From Candidatus Zambryskibacteria bacterium CG_4_9_14_3_um_filter_40_16 (lineage in GTDB: Bacteria > Patescibacteriota > Minisyncoccia > Phycocordibacterales > Zambryskibacteraceae): a DNA stretch of 25,925 bases. The notes under the pieces are model-generated. The model was not told the DNA's origin. It did not search any database and was given only the letters and a program-made list of their open reading frames with translations. Positions 18,162-25,925 of the stretch are shown piece by piece; the stretch's first letter is position 1; each line of letters starts with the position of its first letter. The translations under genes were made by a program, and so were the position numbers. The stretch covers positions 1 to 25,925 of the forward strand of contig PFXE01000015.1 in assembly GCA_002791475.1 (NCBI GenBank), in the 5' to 3' direction.

Positions 18162-21100
18162 TTATAAAGCAATTGCTTTCTCAACTATTAGGCCCACCTG
18201 GCCGTTTCTTTTGGAAATATTTCCTATGATTTGTAAGCATTTTCCAGAAACCAGAACTTCTCTGAATTCATTTAGGGTTTTTGGGAAAACTACAACCTCA
18301 AACGAATCGGTTTTGTCTGATATTTTTGCAAATGCCATTTTTTGATTTTGTTTGGTAATTATTTCTTTTAAATCTTCAACGATTCCAAATACCGCCACCC
18401 TCCGTCCTTCACTGGCGGATTGTTTTAATTTCGCCACCCCACCATTTCCTTTGTTAAGTTTATCTTCGTATTCATCAAGAGGGTGGCCAGAAATATAAAG
18501 TCCCAGAAGCTCTTTTTCCCACCTCAACTTATCTTTACTATTTATTTTTTCTGCCGGTTCTAACAAGATATCCGATTTCGTTTCTGGCAATGAATTAAAA
18601 AGTGAATCTTGAGAGGAATTGCTTACCATGCTGTCTTTGTGAAATGAAAGAATCTTTTCTAGATTTGATAGAAGTATTCCACGATCACCAAATTCGTCCA
18701 TAGCTCCGCCCATAATGAGAGATTCCATTGATTTTTTGTTTAGATTACGGTCTTTTATCCTTGTAAGGAAATCACCAAGGGTTTTGTATTTACCATTGGT
18801 TTTCCTCTCTTTCACAATTACATCTGCTATTCCAGCCCCAAAGTTTTTTATGGTAGTTAGCCCAAAGCGAATTGTGTCTGGTGACCCAGCTTTTTTAATC
18901 ACCGAAAATCCTTGGTAACTCTCGTTGACTGAAGGAGGAAACACCGGAATACCCATTCTTTTGCATTCAGAAATCATAACTCCAATTTTTTCCACGTCCC
19001 CGGAATCAGCCGTAAGAACCGCGGACATATATATTGCCGGATAATTGGCTTTTAGATAAGCGGTTTGGTAGGCCACTCGTCCGTAGGAAGCTGCATGCGC
19101 TTTATTAAATCCATATGATTGAAATGGTTCAAAAAGTTTCCATAGTTTGTCAGCAAAATCCGCAGTTTGACCGTTTTTTATTATTCCAGCCAAAAATTTT
19201 TCTTTCTGTGCGGCCATTTCCGCTGGAATTTTTTTACCAACCGCTTTTCTAAATTTATCGGCCTCAAGCCAAGAGTATCCTGCAAGATCTATTGCGCAAA
19301 ACAAAAGATCGTCTTGGTAAACAATCAGACCATACGATTCGGTCAGGAATTTCTTCATTCTGGGGTCAAGATAGGAAGCAAGAGCGGGGTTGTTTTTGCG
19401 ACGGATATATTCCGGAATGACTTCCATCGGTCCTGGACGATAGAGGGCCAACATGGCATTTATGTCATGTATTGATGTTGGCTTCAGATCAATAAGAAAC
19501 TTTGTCATAGCCGTACCGTTTAGTTGAAACAATCCCTCCGTTTCTCCTTTGGACAAAAGTTCAAATGTCTTAATGTCGTCTAGTGGTATTTTTTCAATAT
19601 CTAATTTTTTTCTTTCTATCGCCTCAATACGATTTATCGTGTCGGCAATAATTGAAAGGTTTCTTATTCCGAGGAAATCAAATTTTAGCAAACCAACATC
19701 TTCTATCGCATGCATATCATATTGGGTAATTATTTTCTCCTCTCCCTTTGAGTCAAACTGCAAAGGCACCATTTCTGTCAGAGGCTCCGGGGAAATTATC
19801 ACTCCTGCGGCGTGGACTGAAATATGTCTTGCGCACCCCTCGATTTTTTTTGCCATATCCACAACATCTTTCACTTCACTATCCTTTTTGTATAAATCTC
19901 TAAGTTCTCCCACAATTTTTAGAGCTTTTTCAAGAGTCATTGGGAAACCTTGCGCGCCAAGGGGAATAAGTTTCGCTATCCTGTCTCCGGTGGCGTATGG
20001 GTATCCTAATGCGCGCGTCACATCACGCACCGCTCCTCGCGCCATCATTGTTCCAAATGTTCCAATTTGAGCAACCTTGTCTTCTCCGTATTTTTTCTTA
20101 ACATACTCAATCACTTCATCCCTTCTGTCATCCGCAAAATCCATATCAATATCTGGAGCAGAGGGGCGTTCAGGATTAAGAAATCTTTCAAACGGAAGTT
20201 TGTATTCAATTGGATCAATGCTGGTAATACCTAAAAGGTATGTGACCATAGAGCCAGCTACTGACCCTCTGATATTCGTTAAAATATTGTTTTTGTGGGC
20301 AAAACGAATAATATCCTCAACAACCAAAAAGTAAGGCGAATAACCCTTATCTTTTATTATTTTAAGCTCATATTCTATCCTTTCTTTGGTTTCTTTTGTC
20401 GGCTTTGTGTAGTTCTTTTCCAAACCTTCGTATACCAAATCTCTTAATTCTTCATCATGGGACTTACCACTGTTTGTATCAAAATGAGGAAATAACCAAG
20501 AGCCGAACTGTAATTCTAAATTGCAAATTCTGGCGATTTTTTCAGTATTTTCCAACGCCTCCGGTGTTTTTTTAAAAAAATTTTCAGCTTCTTTGGTATC
20601 TATAAACGAAAAACTACCTTCTCCATTACCAAGATTGTATTTTCCATCACCGTTTGTTTGGATTGAAAGCAGTGTATCACGGGCCCTTTTATCTTCAGCA
20701 TCAATATAATAGACGTCATGCGCAGCTACAATTTGCGAACCGGTCTTTTTTGATAGTTTAATCAATTCTTCCATCTTATCTTCATGTCCGGCAATTTCAG
20801 GATGGTGTGTTATTTCTATAAAAAAATTATCATCTCCAAATATTTTTTTATACCAGTTGATTAATAGCTCCGCCTTTTCCAAATCTTTTCCGGCAACCGC
20901 AAGTGCCACATCTCCACCAAACGAAGGATTAATGCAAATTAAATCCTCACAATATTTTTCTATAAGCTCTTTATCAATTCTGGGTTTATAGTAAAAACCC
21001 TCCATATTTGCTTTTGTTACCAACTGTACTAAATTTTTGTATCCGTTTTTGTTTTTGGCAAGAAGCACCAAGCGTGTTCTGGAGTTATCTATTCCGGATT

Positions 21101-21401
21101 GCTTGTCGAATCTTTTTCGGATAGCAACATATGCGTCAATGCCGATTATCGGTTTGATACCTTGCTTTTTGCATTCTTTGTAAAAATCAATTGCTCCGTA
21201 CAGGTTGGCATTGTCTGTTAGCGCCAGAGAAGTCATACCCTCTTCTTTGGCTTTTTTAACCAAGTCAGTGATTTTGGGTAGAGCATTAAGAAGAGAGTAG
21301 TGGCTGTGAGTATGCAGATGTACGAATTTATTTTTATTGAAAGTTGTTGGAGTCGGGGCTGTAGAATCGCGTTTTGTTTTTTCAGTGGCATTTTGTTTCA
21401 T
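18162..21401 (-). CDS. dnaE: DNA polymerase III alpha subunit (DnaE type)
   Basis: HLHTHSHYSLL, GFYYKPRID, RGSVAGS, FERFLNPERPSAPDIDMDF, GLLKFDFLG, GLFQL, YGFNKAHAASY, EKELLGLYISGHPL. Start placed at ATG 21401. Confidence 0.97.
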   Translation of the reverse strand: MKQNATEKTKRDSTAPTPTTFNKNKFVHLHTHSHYSLLNALPKITDLVKKAKEEGMTSLALTDNANLYGAIDFYKECKKQGIKPIIGIDAYVAIRKRFDKQSGIDNSRTRLVLLAKNKNGYKNLVQLVTKANMEGFYYKPRIDKELIEKYCEDLICINPSFGGDVALAVAGKDLEKAELLINWYKKIFGDDNFFIEITHHPEIAGHEDKMEELIKLSKKTGSQIVAAHDVYYIDAEDKRARDTLLSIQTNGDGKYNLGNGEGSFSFIDTKEAENFFKKTPEALENTEKIARICNLELQFGSWLFPHFDTNSGKSHDEELRDLVYEGLEKNYTKPTKETKERIEYELKIIKDKGYSPYFLVVEDIIRFAHKNNILTNIRGSVAGSMVTYLLGITSIDPIEYKLPFERFLNPERPSAPDIDMDFADDRRDEVIEYVKKKYGEDKVAQIGTFGTMMARGAVRDVTRALGYPYATGDRIAKLIPLGAQGFPMTLEKALKIVGELRDLYKKDSEVKDVVDMAKKIEGCARHISVHAAGVIISPEPLTEMVPLQFDSKGEEKIITQYDMHAIEDVGLLKFDFLGIRNLSIIADTINRIEAIERKKLDIEKIPLDDIKTFELLSKGETEGLFQLNGTAMTKFLIDLKPTSIHDINAMLALYRPGPMEVIPEYIRRKNNPALASYLDPRMKKFLTESYGLIVYQDDLLFCAIDLAGYSWLEADKFRKAVGKKIPAEMAAQKEKFLAGIIKNGQTADFADKLWKLFEPFQSYGFNKAHAASYGRVAYQTAYLKANYPAIYMSAVLTADSGDVEKIGVMISECKRMGIPVFPPSVNESYQGFSVIKKAGSPDTIRFGLTTIKNFGAGIADVIVKERKTNGKYKTLGDFLTRIKDRNLNKKSMESLIMGGAMDEFGDRGILLSNLEKILSFHKDSMVSNSSQDSLFNSLPETKSDILLEPAEKINSKDKLRWEKELLGLYISGHPLDEYEDKLNKGNGGVAKLKQSASEGRRVAVFGIVEDLKEIITKQNQKMAFAKISDKTDSFEVVVFPKTLNEFREVLVSGKCLQIIGNISKRNGQVGLIVEKAIAL

Positions 21402-21416
21402 AAGGAAATTATAACA
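21402..21416 (-). promoter_or_regulatory. Leaderless dnaE promoter
   Basis: Minus strand reads TG-T-TATAAT-TTCCTT-ATG (6-nt spacing). Confidence 0.65.
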
Positions 21417-21456
21417 AGACGGAGAACTTTGAGGGCGGGACATCCAAGCTCTACTG

Positions 21457-21468
21457 TATAATTATATG
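21457..21468 (+). promoter_or_regulatory. Leaderless rnhB promoter
   Basis: TATAAT (21457-21462), 6 nt, ATG 21469. Confidence 0.55.
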
Positions 21469-22068
21469 ATGTCAAGAAAATGGCATTATCACATAGGTGT
21501 TGACGAAGCCGGTAGAGGCCCTCTTGCCGGACCCGTTGCTGTTGCGGCGATTATGATGAGGCCCGGAATTTTACGAAAGTTTAGAGGGGTAAAGGATTCA
21601 AAAAAATTGAGTAGTTTACAAAGAGAACGGTGGTTCGCAATGATACTTCAAGAAAAAAATAAGGGTAATCTTGATTTCAAGGTATCTCTTGTCGGAAATG
21701 GCATAATAGACAAAAGAGGCATTTCAAAAGCGATAGAAATAGGAATAATGAGAATATTTCACAGGATAGACGCAAACCCACAAAAGTCCACCGTGCTCCT
21801 TGACGGGTTGTTGAGGGCGCCAAAAAAATTTATGTATCAAAAAACCCATATTAAAGGAGATGAAAATTTCAGAATAATTTCTCTTGCCTCAATTATTGCC
21901 AAAGTAACTAGAGATAAAAAAATGAAAAAACTTTCTATAATTTATCCTCAATACCGCTTTTATTTGCACAAAGGCTATGGCACAAGTCTTCACATAAAAA
22001 TAATAAAAAAATATCGTCCAAGCGCGATACATCGTATTTCTTTTCTAAACAAAATATTGACAATCTAG
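21469..22068 (+). CDS. rnhB: Ribonuclease HII
   Basis: IGVDEAGRGPLAGPV, VKDSKKL, LLDG, IKGD, ASIIAKVTRD, HKGYGT..H, HRISFL. The start could be 21466 instead. Confidence 0.95.
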   Translation: MSRKWHYHIGVDEAGRGPLAGPVAVAAIMMRPGILRKFRGVKDSKKLSSLQRERWFAMILQEKNKGNLDFKVSLVGNGIIDKRGISKAIEIGIMRIFHRIDANPQKSTVLLDGLLRAPKKFMYQKTHIKGDENFRIISLASIIAKVTRDKKMKKLSIIYPQYRFYLHKGYGTSLHIKIIKKYRPSAIHRISFLNKILTI

Positions 22069-22085
22069 TTTTAAGAGAATAAGGT
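22057..22085 (+). promoter_or_regulatory. Putative sigma70 promoter for a small downstream transcript
   Basis: TTGACA (22057-22062), 17 bp, TAAGGT (22080-22085). Confidence 0.5.
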
Positions 22086-22114
22086 TTGTGCGGACCCGAA
22101 CAATGGAGGGTGGT

Positions 22115-22309
22115 ATGAAATTTTGTGTCTGGGAAGAAGGCAGAGCGGAAGAAGAAAGTCGGACCCCTGGAAAAAAGGAAGATCTGGTGGCAGAAGACCG
22201 CCTCCCCATCGCCTGCAGGACATACCTGCCGGCACTCTCTATTTTTGACCAGTATAACCAAGCGGTGAAGTTGAATTACCCGTTTGGTGAATTGGGAAGG
22301 GGACAATAG
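22115..22309 (+). CDS. Possible 64-aa small protein (or part of an ncRNA)
   Basis: GGAGG (22105-22109) 5 nt before ATG 22115; lies inside a promoter-terminator unit; no recognisable domain. Confidence 0.3.
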   Translation: MKFCVWEEGRAEEESRTPGKKEDLVAEDRLPIACRTYLPALSIFDQYNQAVKLNYPFGELGRGQ

Positions 22310-22343
22310 TCGCGAGTTACACCCCCACCCAAAACCTGAATCC

Positions 22344-22384
22344 GGAGCCCGCGCATATTGGTTTGCGCGGGCTTCTTTATATTT
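22344..22384 (+). terminator. Intrinsic terminator
   Basis: GGAGCCCGCGCA-TATTGGTT-TGCGCGGGCTTC (12 bp, one G-U) then TTTATATTT. Confidence 0.8.
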
Positions 22385-22403
22385 ATCTTTGAGCTCCTAA
22401 CTC

Positions 22404-22431
22404 TTGTCAAATTGGATAAATAATATATACT
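22404..22431 (+). promoter_or_regulatory. rpmF promoter
   Basis: TTGTCA (22404-22409), 16 bp, TATACT (22426-22431), 8 nt before ATG 22440. Confidence 0.55.
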
Positions 22432-22439
22432 TTCAGATC

Positions 22440-22688
22440 ATGGTAGTAAGAATGCGACACACCAGAGCCCATACCAAGAATCGCCGTTCTCATCACAAGC
22501 TTGAGAATGGTTCTTTTGTTGTTTGTTCGCATTGCAAGGTTAGTAAGCCAAAGCATGTGGTTTGCTATAATTGTGGCACCTATAGAGGAAGAAATGTTGT
22601 AGATATGGTGGGCGTGGTTGCCAAGAAAGAGGCAAAACGCAAAGAGAAACAAAAAGCCCTCGGCAAAGACTCTGAAAAAGGAAATTAA
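22440..22688 (+). CDS. rpmF: 50S ribosomal protein L32 (Zn-binding, basic C-terminal tail)
   Basis: MVVRMRHTRAHTKNRRSH...CSHC...KHVVCYNCGTYRGR. Confidence 0.93.
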   Translation: MVVRMRHTRAHTKNRRSHHKLENGSFVVCSHCKVSKPKHVVCYNCGTYRGRNVVDMVGVVAKKEAKRKEKQKALGKDSEKGN

Positions 22689-22722
22689 TTCTTATTCATG
22701 GTTCTCTTAGTAAAGTTCTTTT

Positions 22723-23622
22723 ATGGCAAATCGGCATCTTGCACGATCAATAGTTTTACAATCACTCTTTGAATGGGACTTTGGAAACAAGTCCTATACT
22801 GACGCTCTGGAAATATTCAAAAGAAACATTGAGGAATTCGCCCCGGGTATTTCCAGCACTTCTTTTATGGAAGAACTTATTGAAAATACTTTGAAAAAAA
22901 GAAGTGATTTAGATAGTTTAATTACCAAAGCAGCTCCCGATTGGCCGATAGAAAAAATATCAATTGTGGACAGAAATGTTTTAAGGATAGGTCTTTATGA
23001 GCTTCTTTTTTCTGACCGTGATCAGGTTCCACCTAAGGTGGCAATAAATGAGGCAATTGAACTTGCTAAAACTTTTGGTGGGGAGACAAGCGGCAGGTTT
23101 GTCAACGGTGTCCTGGGGGCAATATACAAGGAGATGGGTGAGCCGGGGAAAAACGATAAAGGAAATCAAAAAAAATTATCAACGCACAACGAAAAGTTAA
23201 CCATTGAAGACCTGGGTGGCGCTTTGGTTTATGCCGTAAACGATAGTCAAATTCAAATTGCTTTGGTTCACGATGTTTTTGGTCACTGGACACTGTCTAA
23301 GGGGAAATTGGAAAAGGATGAGGACATAAAAGACGGTGTGATGAGAGCGATAAAAGAAGAAATGGGTCTTGAAATAGAAATTGAAGAAAATATCGGAGCA
23401 AATGAATATATCACATACCACCCAGAAAAAGGAAAGTTAAAAAAAAGAGTTAATTATTTTTTGGCCAAATCAAAGTTTTTGCCAGTTAAACTTGGTTCTA
23501 GTGGAGGTCTTGATAATACCAAATGGTTTGCGTTGACGGAAATTGATGAATTAAATTTTTATGATGATATTTTACCAATAGTTATAAATGGAGTGAAAAT
23601 CATCGCAGATAAAAAACTATGA
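22723..23622 (+). CDS. nusB: NusB antitermination factor fused to a C-terminal NUDIX domain
   Basis: NRHLARSIVLQSLF, DRNVLRIGLYEL, PPKVAINEAIELAKTF, FVNGVLG; then WTLSKGKLEKDEDIKDGVMRAIKEEMGL (Nudix box, nt 23302-23370). Confidence 0.9.
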   Translation: MANRHLARSIVLQSLFEWDFGNKSYTDALEIFKRNIEEFAPGISSTSFMEELIENTLKKRSDLDSLITKAAPDWPIEKISIVDRNVLRIGLYELLFSDRDQVPPKVAINEAIELAKTFGGETSGRFVNGVLGAIYKEMGEPGKNDKGNQKKLSTHNEKLTIEDLGGALVYAVNDSQIQIALVHDVFGHWTLSKGKLEKDEDIKDGVMRAIKEEMGLEIEIEENIGANEYITYHPEKGKLKKRVNYFLAKSKFLPVKLGSSGGLDNTKWFALTEIDELNFYDDILPIVINGVKIIADKKL

Positions 23623-24317
23623 ATAGTGAACAAAACATGGAACAGTTTGAAAAGAAAGTTAATATTTTTTTTGCTGATAAAAACATTCTCAAACAAGCTT
23701 TTGTTCATCGTTCTTACCTGAATGAGAATAAGGATTTTAATATTGGACACAACGAAAGATTGGAATTTTTGGGAGATGCGGTATTGGAGTTGGTCATAAC
23801 GGACTATTTATATAGAAAATACCCTGAAAAAAATGAGGGGGAAATGACCAGTTTGCGATCCGCTCTTGTTAATTCAAACACTCTTTATGTGGTGGGGGTA
23901 GATTTGGGCATTAACGATTATCTTCTTCTCTCAAAGGGAGAGAAGAAAGACACGGGCAGAGCTAGGCAATATATTCTTGCAAATACGATGGAAGCCATTA
24001 TAGGTGCGATATACATAGACCAAGGATATGAAAAAGTTAAAGATTTTATCTATAGACACATAACCCCACTAGTTGAAAAGATAATATCAGAAAGGTCGTG
24101 GATTGACTCAAAAAGTTTTTTTCAAGAAAGAGCGCAGGAAATAGAAGGAGTAACCCCACTATACAAGACAGAAAAAGAAACCGGACCAGACCACAACAAA
24201 CATTTCACCGTTGGCGTCTATCTTAAAGAAGAACTCATAGCGACAGGAGAAGGAGATTCAAAACAGAATGGAGAACAAGAGGCCGCTCGAAAGGCGTTAG
24301 AGAAAAAGAGCTGGTAG
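23619..24317 (+). CDS. rnc: Ribonuclease III
   Basis: QAFVHRSY, HNERLEFLGDAVLEL, ANTMEAIIGAIYID, dsRBD DSKSFFQE...GPDHNKHF...GEGDSKQNGEQEAA. ATGA overlap with nusB. Confidence 0.97.
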   Translation: MNSEQNMEQFEKKVNIFFADKNILKQAFVHRSYLNENKDFNIGHNERLEFLGDAVLELVITDYLYRKYPEKNEGEMTSLRSALVNSNTLYVVGVDLGINDYLLLSKGEKKDTGRARQYILANTMEAIIGAIYIDQGYEKVKDFIYRHITPLVEKIISERSWIDSKSFFQERAQEIEGVTPLYKTEKETGPDHNKHFTVGVYLKEELIATGEGDSKQNGEQEAARKALEKKSW

Positions 24318-24419
24318 TATTTTGTTGTGTTATATGTGTTTCAAACAGAAAAAAAGCAAAATGATGATAAAATAACAATCAGCACTTATGTTGTTTCACT
24401 CAACTCTTAATTTTTGCAT

Positions 24420-25925
24420 ATGCTTCTCAAATCAATAGAACTTTCCGGATTCAAATCCTTTCAAAAGAAAAGTTTGTTTAATTTTTCTTCTCCCATTTCA
24501 TCCGTTGTCGGGCCGAACGGTAGCGGTAAGTCTAATGTTGCCGAAGCGTTTCGTTTTGTATTGGGTGAACAGTCTATCAAGTCGCTTAGAGGTAAAAAGG
24601 GTGAAGACCTAATTTGGAACGGAGGGGCGGATGCTCCCAGATCAAATATGGCGATTGTTAAAGTGGTCTTTGACAATACAAGTAAATTTCTAAACATTGA
24701 TTTCCCTGAAATAACAATAGAAAGAATAGTCCACAGAGACGGAGAAAATGAATATTTAATAAACGGCAGTCAAGTAAGACTGAAAGACGTGGTTGAACTT
24801 TTAGCCACCGCTCATATTGGTGCTTCCGGCCACCACATAATCTCCCAAGGAGAAGCGGACAGAATTCTCAACGCCAATATGAAAGAAAGAAGAGAGATGA
24901 TAGAAGATGCGCTCGGACTTAAAATATATCAATACAAGAGGCAAGAAAGTGAAAGAAAACTCAAAAAAACCGTAGAAAATATTGAACAAGTGGAAGCTCT
25001 TAGGAAAGAAATAGCTCCTCATTTACGATTTCTAAAAAAACAAGTTGAAAAATTAGAAAAGGCCAGCCAATTGAAAGAAAGTCTTATCACTCTGTCTAAG
25101 GAATATCTAAAAAGAGAATCTCTTTACATTAGCGCATCTCGCAAAATATTAAACCAAAAAACCACCCCCCTAGAAGTACGAAAAAAAGAATTAGAAGAAG
25201 AGTTGAGTCGTGCTAAAAAAACATTAGAAGGTTCTAAACAAAAAGATGAAAAAAGAGATAAACTCATAAACCTTGAAGCAAATATTCAAAAAATCAGAAA
25301 AGATAAAGATTTCGAACTGCAAAATTTAGGAAAAATTCAAGGCGAGGTAAATTCAGAGGAAAGGCTGAACAAAAGACAAAGAGAAATATTATCTTCCAAT
25401 GAACACAAAATCGTTACCCTAGGTGATGTGGAAGAGCTTTCAAATAACATTGAAAATATTGTTTCCTCCACAGAAAAAAGTACAGATACTCTGTTTATAA
25501 AGAAGATCCTGAAAGATATTGTCTTTTTGATAAGGGGGTTTATAAAAAGCAAAAAAGAAGAAACAAACACAGACCAAGTCATAGAGTTGGAGAAATCTCT
25601 TTCGCGGTTAAAAGATGAAATGGGGGTTGTTGAGGGTAAATTAAAGCAAATAGAGAAAGAAGAAAATAATCTTCAAAATCAATATATAGAACTGCGAAAG
25701 GAAATAGAAAAAGAGAAGGATTCAAACCGTGACGCGGAGAAAACTCTATTTAGGGTTATGTCGGAAGAGAATAAGGTTGTTGGCGAACTTAATACATTGA
25801 AATCTGAAGTAAATAGACTCAAGGCGGTAGAAGAAGATTTTAATAGGGAGAAGGAAGAAAATATTGTTTTGGCGGGAAAAGAGATATTGGAATATGAATC
25901 TTTGTCTGTGGGCAGAGACGGTTTG
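24420..25925 (+). CDS. smc: SMC-family chromosome segregation ATPase, 3'-partial (missing from the ORF track because it runs off the window)
   Basis: My translation from ATG 24420 is open to the end: MLLKSIELSGFKSF...VVGPNGSGKSNVAEAFRFVLGEQSIKSLRG (Walker A), HIISQGEAD (Q-loop), then coiled coil. TG-A-TAAAAT at 24365-24373. Confidence 0.9.
   Translation, partial: MLLKSIELSGFKSFQKKSLFNFSSPISSVVGPNGSGKSNVAEAFRFVLGEQSIKSLRGKKGEDLIWNGGADAPRSNMAIVKVVFDNTSKFLNIDFPEITIERIVHRDGENEYLINGSQVRLKDVVELLATAHIGASGHHIISQGEADRILNANMKERREMIEDALGLKIYQYKRQESERKLKKTVENIEQVEALRKEIAPHLRFLKKQVEKLEKASQLKESLITLSKEYLKRESLYISASRKILNQKTTPLEVRKKELEEELSRAKKTLEGSKQKDEKRDKLINLEANIQKIRKDKDFELQNLGKIQGEVNSEERLNKRQREILSSNEHKIVTLGDVEELSNNIENIVSSTEKSTDTLFIKKILKDIVFLIRGFIKSKKEETNTDQVIELEKSLSRLKDEMGVVEGKLKQIEKEENNLQNQYIELRKEIEKEKDSNRDAEKTLFRVMSEENKVVGELNTLKSEVNRLKAVEEDFNREKEENIVLAGKEILEYESLSVGRDGL

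Noticed and set aside
22105-22345. Fragments resembling RNase P (GAAGAAAGTC), FMN (GATCTGGTG), TPP (ACCC..ACCTGA) or cobalamin (CAGGA..ACCTGCC) motifs
   Set aside because: Each is an isolated short match; the required partner strands and order are missing, so no family was assigned.

Overview
Mostly core-genome DNA from a low-GC bacterium using the standard code (TGA is a stop). Gene content and protein styles (L32 starting MVVRMR, NusB-NUDIX fusion, N-terminally short PheS and RF1, near absence of Shine-Dalgarno sites) suggest Patescibacteria/CPR, Parcubacteria-like; this is inference. Order: partial lytic transglycosylase, a GC-rich structured ~163-nt RNA with its own promoter and terminator, rpmE-prfA-rpsB-tsf, a membrane hypothetical, tRNA-Thr(UGU) with a duplicated 5' end upstream, a GH1/EamA/clan GH-A/GT2 glycan cluster, a PEGA-like membrane protein, pheS-pheT-C39-like peptidase, gyrB, thrS and dnaE (minus strand), rnhB, a second small promoter-terminator unit, rpmF-nusB(NUDIX)-rnc, and a partial smc. 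The strongest find is a complete NlpC/P60 cysteine peptidase domain with an intact Cys-His-His triad inserted in-frame inside the B5 domain of PheT, with a second papain-like (C39-like) peptidase gene translationally coupled directly downstream. Next are the unassigned structured RNA upstream of rpmE and the structured duplication in front of tRNA-Thr. No mobile element genes or CRISPR array were seen. All calls come from motif recognition by eye; no database searches or folding programs were run.
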